This document shows positions 19,213 through 27,682 of a stretch of DNA of 64,000 bases, one piece after another (within the stretch, counting starts at the first letter, position 1; each line of letters starts with the position of its first letter). The DNA lies in contig CAWGMA010000003.1 of the NCBI GenBank assembly GCA_963823555.1, forward strand, positions 672,001 through 736,000, in the 5' to 3' direction. Source of the stretch: Candidatus Eiseniibacteriota bacterium. Its GTDB lineage: Bacteria; Eisenbacteria; RBG-16-71-46; CAVPCR01. Under the pieces are notes generated by a model. It was not told the origin of the DNA. It searched no databases and worked only from the letters and a program-made list of their open reading frames with translations. Made by a program: the position numbers and the translations under genes.

Positions 19213-19845
19213 ATGCGCAAGTCAGTTACCATCCTCGCGCTCATCATGTTGGTTGCGGCCGGCGCCCAGGCCGACGTCGTCATGGTCGAGGCGAGAGGGC
19301 AAGTCTTTTTCAATTCCATTCCGACCCCGCCGCTGGGCAACATCAGCTCGGGGGAGCAAGTTGTGATGTCGTTCACCGTCGATTCGAACAACTTCGTTGA
19401 AGGTATCCCAGGTGATACGCGCGGCTATGAGATCGATCAGCCATCGTTCTCGCTCGGGTTCTCGTCCGGCCTGGACATGGGGTTGATCAGTCCGTTCCCG
19501 GCGGGGCAGACGCCCTATTTCACGCTCGTCGAGGGGTTCCCGGTCAGCGACGGATTCTTCGTGTCCACGAGCCCGATCTCGCCGGGCGGTGTTCCCCTGG
19601 CCCAGGATCCTCACAACTTCAATCTGGATCTCGGTTATGTAGGCAGCACGCTCGGGTCGCTGGACATCCTGGACGCGCAGGGGACCTACGACTTCACCGG
19701 GCTGACCAGGTTCGCCTTCAACATCTGGCGGGTTTTCCCGGACAACGTGGTCCTGGACATCGACTTCGCGCAGATGAGCATCACGGCCGAACTGCTCGCG
19801 GTCGATCCATCGAGCTGGGGTGCGGTGAAAGTGCTGTTCAAGTAA
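19213..19845 (+). CDS. Secreted hypothetical protein with C-terminal SWGxVK motif
   Basis: GGAGG RBS; signal ending AQA; ends LLAVDPSSWGAVKVLFK. Confidence 0.82.
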   Translation: MRKSVTILALIMLVAAGAQADVVMVEARGQVFFNSIPTPPLGNISSGEQVVMSFTVDSNNFVEGIPGDTRGYEIDQPSFSLGFSSGLDMGLISPFPAGQTPYFTLVEGFPVSDGFFVSTSPISPGGVPLAQDPHNFNLDLGYVGSTLGSLDILDAQGTYDFTGLTRFAFNIWRVFPDNVVLDIDFAQMSITAELLAVDPSSWGAVKVLFK

Positions 19846-19872
19846 AGGCGATCCCTTCGCTCTCTTGCTCCC

Positions 19873-19905
19873 AGGACCCGGGTCTTGCCCCGGGTCCTTT
19901 CGTTT
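19873..19905 (+). terminator. Rho-independent terminator
   Basis: AGGACCCGGG-tcttgc-CCCGGGTCCT followed by TTCGTTT. Confidence 0.75.
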
Positions 19906-19943
19906 GGGGCCGGACGAAGGGGGTGGGCTTCACGGCTGGCGAC

Positions 19944-21242
19944 CTACCCCGTCAGCCAGTCGCACAGCTGATCGATCGCTGTGAGCACGTTGCGACAGTG
20001 GTTCTCGAGGAAGGACTGGCCGAGGGCTCGATCGGCGGGTGTCACCTCGGCAGCGGCCAGCGCGTGCGCTCCATCGAAATCGACGTAGGCCAGGCGCGCG
20101 GTCAACTCGTCGCTTCGCCGACCGAAGGCGCTCCCGGGGAGCATGGCCACGCCCGTGTCCTGGAAGATCGCCTCGCAAAGGCTCAGACTATCCCGCACTC
20201 CACGCTGGGCAAGCTTGTCGCGGAAGGGGGCAAAGTCAGGGAAGAGGTAGAAGGCTCCCTTCGGTTTCTCGATGTCAAGGCCGATGTCGTTCAGCCGGCG
20301 GGTGATCCAGCGGGCAAGAGCTGCGAGAACGCGGCGCGAGTTCCAGAGATAGCGCTCGATGGATATGCCACCCTGGAAGGCCCTGACTGCTGCGTACTGG
20401 ATCGGGGCGCTGGTTGTCGTGTAGGTCTCGCTGGCGGCGGTGGCCATCGACTCGAGGAGCCAGTTCAGGATCGGTGGAAAGGCGAAAGCGCCTAGCCGCC
20501 AGCCACCGGCCCCGCACCACTTGCTGAGCCCGGTCGAGATGATGGTCCCCTCGGGGTAGAAGCGAGCGATCGATACGTGCTGGCCCTTGTGGTGTAGACC
20601 ACCATAGATCTCGTCGGAGAGCAGGACGACGCGGTGTTGCCGCGCCACTCGGGCCAGGTCTTGTAGCTCATCCGCCTTGTAGGTGCCGCCGGTAGGATTG
20701 CTGGGATAGTTGAGGACGACGATCCGCGGCCGGCCCCGGTCCTGTTCGCAGTGCTTGGCGAGCTGATCCGGAGTCAGGCGCCAGCCGCTGGTCCTCTCGG
20801 TGTGAAGCCATTTCACCTGGCGGCCGATGATGTGCGCCTGAGGCGCGTAGGAAACCCAGGCGGGCGTGGGGATGACGATGTCTCCGTAATAGACAAGCTG
20901 TAGCAGGAACATCAGCTCTTTCGAACCGGGTCCCACCAGGACCTGATCACCGCTCAGGCAAACTCCCTGCATGCGGCAATGGTAGTCGGCGATGGCCAGC
21001 CGAAGTGCCTCGAGCCCCTTGACCGGAAGGTAGGCCTTCTGATGGGCGTTGGCCTTGAGCTCTTCAACCACCGGCTGCGGCACCGGGAAGGGGGATTGCC
21101 CGAGACCGAGCTTGTAGACCTGTTTTCCCTCTTTGCGCAAGCGGTCGCAGCGCTCGTTGATGGCGACCGTGGCCGACGGCAGCAGCCCGCGCACGTTGAG
21201 GTTGAGATTGACGTCGAGGGCCTTTGCTCGGACCTGTCCCAT
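19944..21242 (-). CDS. PLP-dependent aminotransferase class I/II (aspartate aminotransferase-like)
   Basis: NYPSNPTG, SDEIY, GLSKWCGAGGWRLG (PLP Lys), GAFYLFPDF. Confidence 0.92.
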   Translation of the reverse strand: MGQVRAKALDVNLNLNVRGLLPSATVAINERCDRLRKEGKQVYKLGLGQSPFPVPQPVVEELKANAHQKAYLPVKGLEALRLAIADYHCRMQGVCLSGDQVLVGPGSKELMFLLQLVYYGDIVIPTPAWVSYAPQAHIIGRQVKWLHTERTSGWRLTPDQLAKHCEQDRGRPRIVVLNYPSNPTGGTYKADELQDLARVARQHRVVLLSDEIYGGLHHKGQHVSIARFYPEGTIISTGLSKWCGAGGWRLGAFAFPPILNWLLESMATAASETYTTTSAPIQYAAVRAFQGGISIERYLWNSRRVLAALARWITRRLNDIGLDIEKPKGAFYLFPDFAPFRDKLAQRGVRDSLSLCEAIFQDTGVAMLPGSAFGRRSDELTARLAYVDFDGAHALAAAEVTPADRALGQSFLENHCRNVLTAIDQLCDWLTG

Positions 21243-21344
21243 GAGGTTACGACTCCCGCTTGGAATCCGAGAACTGAGCTCGGCTCTGCTTTCCCCGAGC
21301 CGCTGACTCCTTTGATTCAGCTTAGCACACTCGCATGTCGGGCT

Positions 21345-21737
21345 TTAGATCCAACCCAGGCGTTTCAGCGCGCCATAGACCAGGTAAACGCCGACCATGC
21401 AGACGAAGATGCCGAACAGCAGACGAAGGTGTGCCCCCTTCATCTGGTTGGCTGCGTAGGCACCTACCCAGGCCCCGGCGAACATGCTAGCGGCAACGAT
21501 GATCGCAGCGCGGACATCCACGTTGCCGTGACGGTAATACTCGATCGCCGCGGCGAGCCCGATGGGTGGCAGCAGCACGGCGAGGCTCGTTCCCGTCGCT
21601 CGGTGCTGAGAGAAGCCGGCCCAGTAGATGAGAGCGGGGACGATGACAAGCCCGCCGCCCACGCCGAACAAACCGGCGAAGGAGCCGCCGGCCAGGCCGA
21701 TGATCACGAAGATCCACCACGCTGGCATGCCATCCAC
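21345..21737 (-). CDS. Half-size TSUP (TauE/SafE sulfite exporter) family membrane protein
   Basis: GLFGVGGGLVIVPAL, QHRATGTSLA, YYRHGNVD; about 4 TM segments. Confidence 0.88.
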   Translation of the reverse strand: MDGMPAWWIFVIIGLAGGSFAGLFGVGGGLVIVPALIYWAGFSQHRATGTSLAVLLPPIGLAAAIEYYRHGNVDVRAAIIVAASMFAGAWVGAYAANQMKGAHLRLLFGIFVCMVGVYLVYGALKRLGWI

Positions 21738-22037
21738 CTTTCGTCTTGTGGAGTTCTCCTCGTCTCGTGAAGTCTCTCCGGCTAGCGGCCGGTCCCCTGT
21801 GCCCCGTGCGGTGGGCGGCCAGCGCCGGCGAGCGCGCCAGGGTCGACAGCAGGGAAACCGACGGGATCTTACCAGTGCCCGAGACCGCCTCGAAGCGGGT
21901 TGTCTCCTCCTTCCAGGGTCTTGTCGAGTGATCGGGGGAGGCTTTATGATCCCCCCCGTCCCGAAGCTGCGACCCGGTGGCTTGGCCGATCCCGCCGTTT
22001 CATCGGGTCGTTCACGTCACGATCAGGAGGTGTCCCG

Positions 22038-22550
22038 GTGTTGAAGTTGATCACCATTGCAGCCTGTGTATTGGCGGTTACGGCCGGAATGGCCTGGGCA
22101 GGAGACATGACGTCTCCCCATGGCAAGATGACGTCGGAGCAGATGCAGGCCATGAAGGCGAGCATGATGAAGTGCTCCGTATGCAAGCACATGGCGGTAC
22201 ACATGGACGAGCTGGGTCCAGTGATGACCATGGAAGTGGCCAAGCTGAACGACGGTATGGCCATGATGCACAACATCACCGACCCGGCCAAGATCGCCGT
22301 CTTTCGTGCGGCCGGCAAGGAGACGAGCGCAGCCGGCATGGCTTGCATGGCCATGACGGACGAGCAGGCCAAGGCCGAGCTCTGCGAGTTCTGCCAGGAG
22401 ATCCGCTCGGTCGTGAAGTCGGGTGCTACCATGAGCATGGGTGACACCAAGATGGGCGACATCATGGTGTTCACCTCCTCCGATCCGACCGTTCAAGCCA
22501 AGATTGCCGCCCTCGGCACCAAGTGCGAGATGATGGCAGGGGCGATGTAA
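22038..22550 (+). CDS. Secreted methionine-rich protein with two CxxC motifs
   Basis: AGGAGG RBS, GTG/TTG start, signal ending AWA; about 24 Met in about 170 aa; CSVCKH and CEFC. Confidence 0.8.
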   Translation: MLKLITIAACVLAVTAGMAWAGDMTSPHGKMTSEQMQAMKASMMKCSVCKHMAVHMDELGPVMTMEVAKLNDGMAMMHNITDPAKIAVFRAAGKETSAAGMACMAMTDEQAKAELCEFCQEIRSVVKSGATMSMGDTKMGDIMVFTSSDPTVQAKIAALGTKCEMMAGAM

Positions 22551-22585
22551 ACCGCGTCGATTCTGCCGCACCGCACTGGAAACAC

Positions 22586-22613
22586 GAGGCCCTCCACGAT
22601 CGTGGAGGGCCTC
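22586..22613. terminator. Perfect 28-bp palindrome between convergent genes (likely bidirectional terminator)
   Basis: GAGGCCCTCCACGATCGTGGAGGGCCTC. Confidence 0.65.
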
Positions 22614-22672
22614 ATCGCATGGCGCTGAGATCCCGTCGACGGAATGTGTGAGACGGGCCGGATTCGAACCGG

Positions 22673-24076
22673 CTACTCCCACTCCACGTGGCCGAAGACC
22701 GCGAGCTTTCGCCGCCGAACCGGGCGATCACCCCAGGCCGGTGCGTTGTGGTTCCGGCTGATCTCCTGCATCGCTTCCGAGAAGAAGAAGTCCTCCTCGC
22801 CAAAGGCCGGGATCAGATCGGTCAACCAGGAGGCATTGGGGTCGAACTTGGCGAAGAAGGGAGTCCCGACCCATTTGGGGTCGCGTGCCTGCACGAACTT
22901 GAGGACAAAGACCTTCTCGCCGCGGATCGTGGCGGTTCCTTCCACGAGCACCTTGCCGGGGGTGGCGGACATCGACGGGCCGCGTACGGTGCGGGCGAGA
23001 CCGGACACCCGGCGGTAGGCCCGGTTGAAGATCTCGATCGCCCGGGCAAGCGGCACCTTGAAATAGTCTTTCGGCCCCGTGTCTCGCTCGACGAACATGT
23101 AGTAGGGGACCGCTCCCAGATGCACCTGTGTCCGCCATAGATCGGCCCAGGCGTGGCTGGAGTCATTGACATGGCGCACCAGAGGCGCCTGGCATCTCAC
23201 AACGGCCCCGGTCATCTGGATGCGGCGCACGGCCGCCTGCGCTTCCGGTGTCTCGAGCTCGCGCGGATGGCTGTAGTGCGCCATGAGCGCCACATGCCGG
23301 CCAGCGCGCCTGACTTCCTCGAAGAGCCGCAACAGGTCGTCGGCGTCCGGATCGGTGAGGAAACGGTAGGGCCAGAACGCGGGCGCCTTGGTCCCGATCC
23401 GGATGCTGACGATATGTTCCAGCTCGGGGGCGAGAAGCGGTTCGATGTAGCGGCGCAGCAGCCGCGTCTTCATGATCATGGGGTCGCCGCCGGTGAATAG
23501 AACGCTGTTCACCTCCGGGTGCTCTCGCAAGTAGTGCACCAGCGTCTCGGCCTCCCGGTTGGCGAACTTGAGTTCATCGATGCCGACGAACTGCGCCCAG
23601 CGGAAGCAGTACGTGCAATAGGAGTGGCACGTCTGTCCCTGGCTCGGGAAGAAGAGCACCGTTTCCCGATACTTGTGCTGCATCCCCGGGATCGGCGTGC
23701 CGTCGATGCGAGGTACGTTCAGCTCCATCTGCCCGGCCGGGTGTGGGTTCATCTTCTGCTGGATGCGGTGAGCGACGAGCTTGAGAGTCTTCTCCGGAGC
23801 TCGCCTCTTGAGGAGATTGTAGAGGCGCCGGAAATCGCTTGCCTCGAGCATGCCCACCTGGGGAAACGTGAGCTGATACATGGGATCATCAGGCACGTTG
23901 TGCCAGTCGATGAGTCTCTCGACGACGTAGCTGTTGACGCGGAAGGGGAGCACAGCCGAAACCGCTTTCATCCCGAGAATCTCATCCTGCGTGAGCTGGT
24001 TGAGATGCGGGATGTTGTCGATGTCCTTGCGGCTGAAAGCGCGGAACTTGCGGGGGGGGATTCTGAGCCTGAGCAT
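22673..24076 (-). CDS. KamA family radical SAM aminomutase (lysine 2,3-aminomutase-like)
   Basis: HKYRETVLFF, CHSYCTYCFRW, VLFTGGDP, PYYMFVERDTG, SATPGK; AAGGAGG RBS. Confidence 0.9.
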   Translation of the reverse strand: MLRLRIPPRKFRAFSRKDIDNIPHLNQLTQDEILGMKAVSAVLPFRVNSYVVERLIDWHNVPDDPMYQLTFPQVGMLEASDFRRLYNLLKRRAPEKTLKLVAHRIQQKMNPHPAGQMELNVPRIDGTPIPGMQHKYRETVLFFPSQGQTCHSYCTYCFRWAQFVGIDELKFANREAETLVHYLREHPEVNSVLFTGGDPMIMKTRLLRRYIEPLLAPELEHIVSIRIGTKAPAFWPYRFLTDPDADDLLRLFEEVRRAGRHVALMAHYSHPRELETPEAQAAVRRIQMTGAVVRCQAPLVRHVNDSSHAWADLWRTQVHLGAVPYYMFVERDTGPKDYFKVPLARAIEIFNRAYRRVSGLARTVRGPSMSATPGKVLVEGTATIRGEKVFVLKFVQARDPKWVGTPFFAKFDPNASWLTDLIPAFGEEDFFFSEAMQEISRNHNAPAWGDRPVRRRKLAVFGHVEWE

Positions 24077-24228
24077 GAGCCCTCCTTCGTGCGGGGGGAT
24101 CGCTGGGAACCGCCCGGCGCTCGGACCGCCCCACCTGACAACGATAGCGGACGATTTCTCGCCTAGCGTACGAATTCCCACCGGTTCCGTCGACCCCGGA
24201 TGCCGCCGCCCGCTCGCCCCGAATTGGC

Positions 24229-27200
24229 TCAAGCAGTGGGAGCCGAGCCCCCCTCCGCAATCGCGAGATCGATCGCCTGCTCGAGACTCATCCGGCGGCC
24301 GCGCTCCCACTCCACGGCAAATGCCCGGTCTCCCAGAGCGCTTTGCGCCTGCGCGGTGGCGTTCTCCACCTCGGCGCGCTGGGCCGGCGGAGTGGGCGAT
24401 TCGATCTCGGCGCGTAGCGTGGCCACGGTGCCGAGGATCTGAGCCGCTCGTTCCCAGGAACCTTCCCGGGCTGCGAGAAGCCCGATCAGCTCGAGAGATT
24501 CGGCAATGTTGAGCCGGTCGCCAAGCCGCTTCTGGATGGCCAGACTCTGGGCGTAGAAGGCCCGGGCCCGGCCGAGCCGCCCCTCTTGCGCGTCGATGGC
24601 CGCAAGGCAGCGCAGGGATTCGGCGATGCCCATGGGGTCGTCGCGCTGACGGCGGTTGGCCAGGCTCTCTTCGTGCCGGTCGCGGGCCTGTTCGAGATCC
24701 CCCATGCGCTCGGCGACCATCCCCAGTGCGTTCAACGAATCGGCGATGCCCATGAGATCGCCTACCTCGCGCCGGAGCGCGAGACTTTCCTCGTTGAATG
24801 CACGCGAGTCTTCGAACTGACCCATCCGGAAGCAGAGTTCGGCGAGGTTATGAAGGGACACCGCCTGGTAGCGTAGATTGCCCTCTGCTCGCCGCAGGGC
24901 GAGACTCTCCTCGTACATGGCGCGACTTCGCGCGAACTCTCCTCGTTCCTGCGCCACAGCACCGAGGTTGTTGAGCGACTGCGATATACCCATGCGGTCG
25001 CCGAGCTCACGCCGGATGTCGAGGCTCTCCTGGTTCAGGGACCAGGCCTCATCGAGGTCGCCCTGCCAGAGCGCGATCCATCCGGTCCAGGCCAAGGCTT
25101 GAGCGCGTGCCGCATCTCTCGTCTCCGCCCCGGGGAGACCGAGGATCTCCTTCATGAGCGTGCGGCCCTCGGTCCAGCGCCCGCGTCCGTACCAGTAGCG
25201 ACCCAGCGCCGCTGCGATCTTGATGGCTGTCAGTACATCTCGATCCGGCCCGGAGCCACAGGCGCCGACGATGGCTGCGCGCAGGTTGTCGTGTTCAACC
25301 TCGAGCCGCTGGGACCATGCGTGCTGTTCAGGCCCGACCAGATGGCCTGAGGACGCCGCCGCCATGGTCTCGAAGTACCGCCGGTGTCGCTTCCGTATCT
25401 CACTCCATTCGTCGCTTTCCTGGAGGCGTTCGCGGGCGTACTCACGGATCGTCTCCAGCGCTCGGTATCGCGGCTGACCGGTGCGCCGGCTGCCATGGAC
25501 ATCGCGCTCAACCAGGGATTTCTCGACGAGTTGCGAATGCAGGTCGAGCACCTCCCAGGGTTCAATGCCGTTGTTGCCGCACACTTCCTCGACGGCTTCC
25601 AGCGTCCATCCGCCGGCGAACACGGCCAAGCGCCTGAGCAGGATGCGCTCCTTGCCAGAAAGATGGTCGAAGCTCCAGTCGATGAGAGCGCGCAAGGTCT
25701 GGTGGCGGGGCATTGCGGTCCGGCTCCCCGTGGTGAGGAAGTTGAACCGGTCATCGAGACGTCTGGCGATCTCAGCCGGTGCCAGCGCCTTCACGCGGGC
25801 CGCGGCCAGCTCGAGGGCGAGCGGGATGCCGTCGAGACGCCGGCAGATCTGCGCGAGCGCGGGAGCGTTCTCCCGGGTCAGCGTGAAGCCGATGTCTGCC
25901 GCGCGCGCCCGGTCGAGAAACAGACGGATCGATTCCACCCGCTCCAGCCGCTCGAGAGGAGGCAAAGCCGCCGACTCGGGAGTGTCCAGAGGTCGGAGCT
26001 GGAAGAGGGATTCCCCCCCGATACCAAGTCGCTCGCGACTCGAGGCGAGAATGCGCACGCGCGGGCAACTCTGCACCAGGGCCTCCGCCAGGCGGGCGCT
26101 TGCTTCCAGCAGGTGTTCGCAGTTGTCGAGAACCAGCAACAGCTCCCGGTTCTTGAGGTGGAGTCTGAGCGTATCGCGGAGCGAGCGGCGAGAATCCTCG
26201 CGCACGCCAAGGGCATCGGCCACCGCATGCTGCACCTGATCAGGCTCGGTGATCGGCGCGAGCTCGACCAGCCACACGCCATCCGGGAAGCGTGGGAGCA
26301 GGCGACGCCCAACCTCGATGGCGATTCGTGTCTTCCCGCATCCGCCGGGGCCGACCACAGTGACGAGCCGGTCCTTCTCGAGGTGGCGCTTGAGCTGGGC
26401 CATGGAGTGCTCGCGGCCGACGAAGCTCGTGAGCTGAAGCGGGAGATTGGTGGGTGGTCCTGTCGTCCCGTCGGCTGAAAGCGCTGCCGCCATCGGCTGG
26501 CTCTGGTTCGCGATCTCGTCTTCCAGGACCTGGCGCACGCGCGCCATGGACTCGAGCCGGGCATCGAGCTCCTTCTCCAGGCAGTCGGCGAGCAGGCGGC
26601 GGATCCCTTCTGGAGTGCGATCTGGCAGCGCGCTCCAGTCCGGTTGGCGTTCGAGCGTTGCGGCGATCTGATCGAACAGCGACCGGCTGGGAAAGGTGAG
26701 CTGCGCCGTGATCATCTCGTACAGCACACAGCCAAAGGCCCAGATGTCGCTGCGGTGGTCAATCTCGTCTCCCCTGAGTTGCTCCGGACTCATGTAGCCC
26801 GGTGAGCCCTGGATCCGCGCATCCATCGTGGCATCGTCGGGGTGCGGTTCCAGCCCGCGGACCCCGCTCGCGCCGGCGCGCGCCAGGCCGAAGTCGAGCA
26901 GCTTGACCTTCTCCTCCGGGGTGATCTTGATGTTCTTCGGTTTGAGATCGAGGTGGATGACGCCGGCTGCGTGAGCAGCTTCGAGGGCATGGGCGATCTG
27001 ATGGGCGTAGGCGAGCACGTCTGCCAGGGGCAAGGGCCCCATGGCGATGCGCTGAGCCAGGGTTTCGCCTGGCACAAACTCCATGGTCAAGTAATGGAGG
27101 TCGTCGGCATGTTCCAGCGAATAGATGGTGGCGATGTTCGGATGGTTGATGGCGGCGAGGAGCCTGGCTTCACGCTCGAAACGGGCAAGTCTGTCGGGAT

Positions 27201-27423
27201 CGGCGGCGAGCCTGGCCGGCAAGACCTTGATGGCGATCTGCCGCCGGAGGCGGGGATCCTCGCCGGCATAGACAACGCCCATGCCGCCGCGACCGAGGAG
27301 GCGCGTCACGGGGTAGGAACCGACATGCTTCGGGAGCGGGGCATCGTCCCTGGCGCCCGGCGGCAAGAACTCGCTCTCGTCGCTTGGGCCGCGTGTGTCA
27401 GGGCTGTCTTGCGAGGACATCAT
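24229..27423 (-). CDS. Ser/Thr kinase - STAND/NB-ARC-like ATPase - TPR repeat protein
   Basis: GRGGMGVVY, HLDLKPKN, DFGLA, YMSPE; Walker A GPGGCGKT, Walker B LLVLDNCEH, GIPLALELAA; C-terminal 40-aa TPR repeats. Confidence 0.92.
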   Translation of the reverse strand: MMSSQDSPDTRGPSDESEFLPPGARDDAPLPKHVGSYPVTRLLGRGGMGVVYAGEDPRLRRQIAIKVLPARLAADPDRLARFEREARLLAAINHPNIATIYSLEHADDLHYLTMEFVPGETLAQRIAMGPLPLADVLAYAHQIAHALEAAHAAGVIHLDLKPKNIKITPEEKVKLLDFGLARAGASGVRGLEPHPDDATMDARIQGSPGYMSPEQLRGDEIDHRSDIWAFGCVLYEMITAQLTFPSRSLFDQIAATLERQPDWSALPDRTPEGIRRLLADCLEKELDARLESMARVRQVLEDEIANQSQPMAAALSADGTTGPPTNLPLQLTSFVGREHSMAQLKRHLEKDRLVTVVGPGGCGKTRIAIEVGRRLLPRFPDGVWLVELAPITEPDQVQHAVADALGVREDSRRSLRDTLRLHLKNRELLLVLDNCEHLLEASARLAEALVQSCPRVRILASSRERLGIGGESLFQLRPLDTPESAALPPLERLERVESIRLFLDRARAADIGFTLTRENAPALAQICRRLDGIPLALELAAARVKALAPAEIARRLDDRFNFLTTGSRTAMPRHQTLRALIDWSFDHLSGKERILLRRLAVFAGGWTLEAVEEVCGNNGIEPWEVLDLHSQLVEKSLVERDVHGSRRTGQPRYRALETIREYARERLQESDEWSEIRKRHRRYFETMAAASSGHLVGPEQHAWSQRLEVEHDNLRAAIVGACGSGPDRDVLTAIKIAAALGRYWYGRGRWTEGRTLMKEILGLPGAETRDAARAQALAWTGWIALWQGDLDEAWSLNQESLDIRRELGDRMGISQSLNNLGAVAQERGEFARSRAMYEESLALRRAEGNLRYQAVSLHNLAELCFRMGQFEDSRAFNEESLALRREVGDLMGIADSLNALGMVAERMGDLEQARDRHEESLANRRQRDDPMGIAESLRCLAAIDAQEGRLGRARAFYAQSLAIQKRLGDRLNIAESLELIGLLAAREGSWERAAQILGTVATLRAEIESPTPPAQRAEVENATAQAQSALGDRAFAVEWERGRRMSLEQAIDLAIAEGGSAPTA

Positions 27424-27682
27424 CCGCTGCTCCTCAGCCTGCTGTGGTCGATGATCGGAGTATACCGTCTATTCCGCGCAGCCGACCATCGCACGCGCCG
27501 GCGGCCAGATCCGCGCGGCTCGTGTGTCTCCTGGCGAGCGGCCCGACAAGGGTCGACTGCCGGTGCATGGCATGCTAGGATAATGCCTTGCGGTAGCTCG
27601 GATGCTCTGTGGCTGATCGCCGGACATTGGTCCCCGTCAGGGCCGCTTCGTGTCCCGGCTTTCGGTTGTAGGGGAGGACTCC

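Noticed and set aside
22160..22200. Heme-binding site in the Met-rich protein
   Set aside because: CSVCKH is CxxCxH, not canonical CxxCH
22647..22720. Complete tRNA gene
   Set aside because: Only a T-arm and acceptor-like strand; the rest is KamA coding sequence
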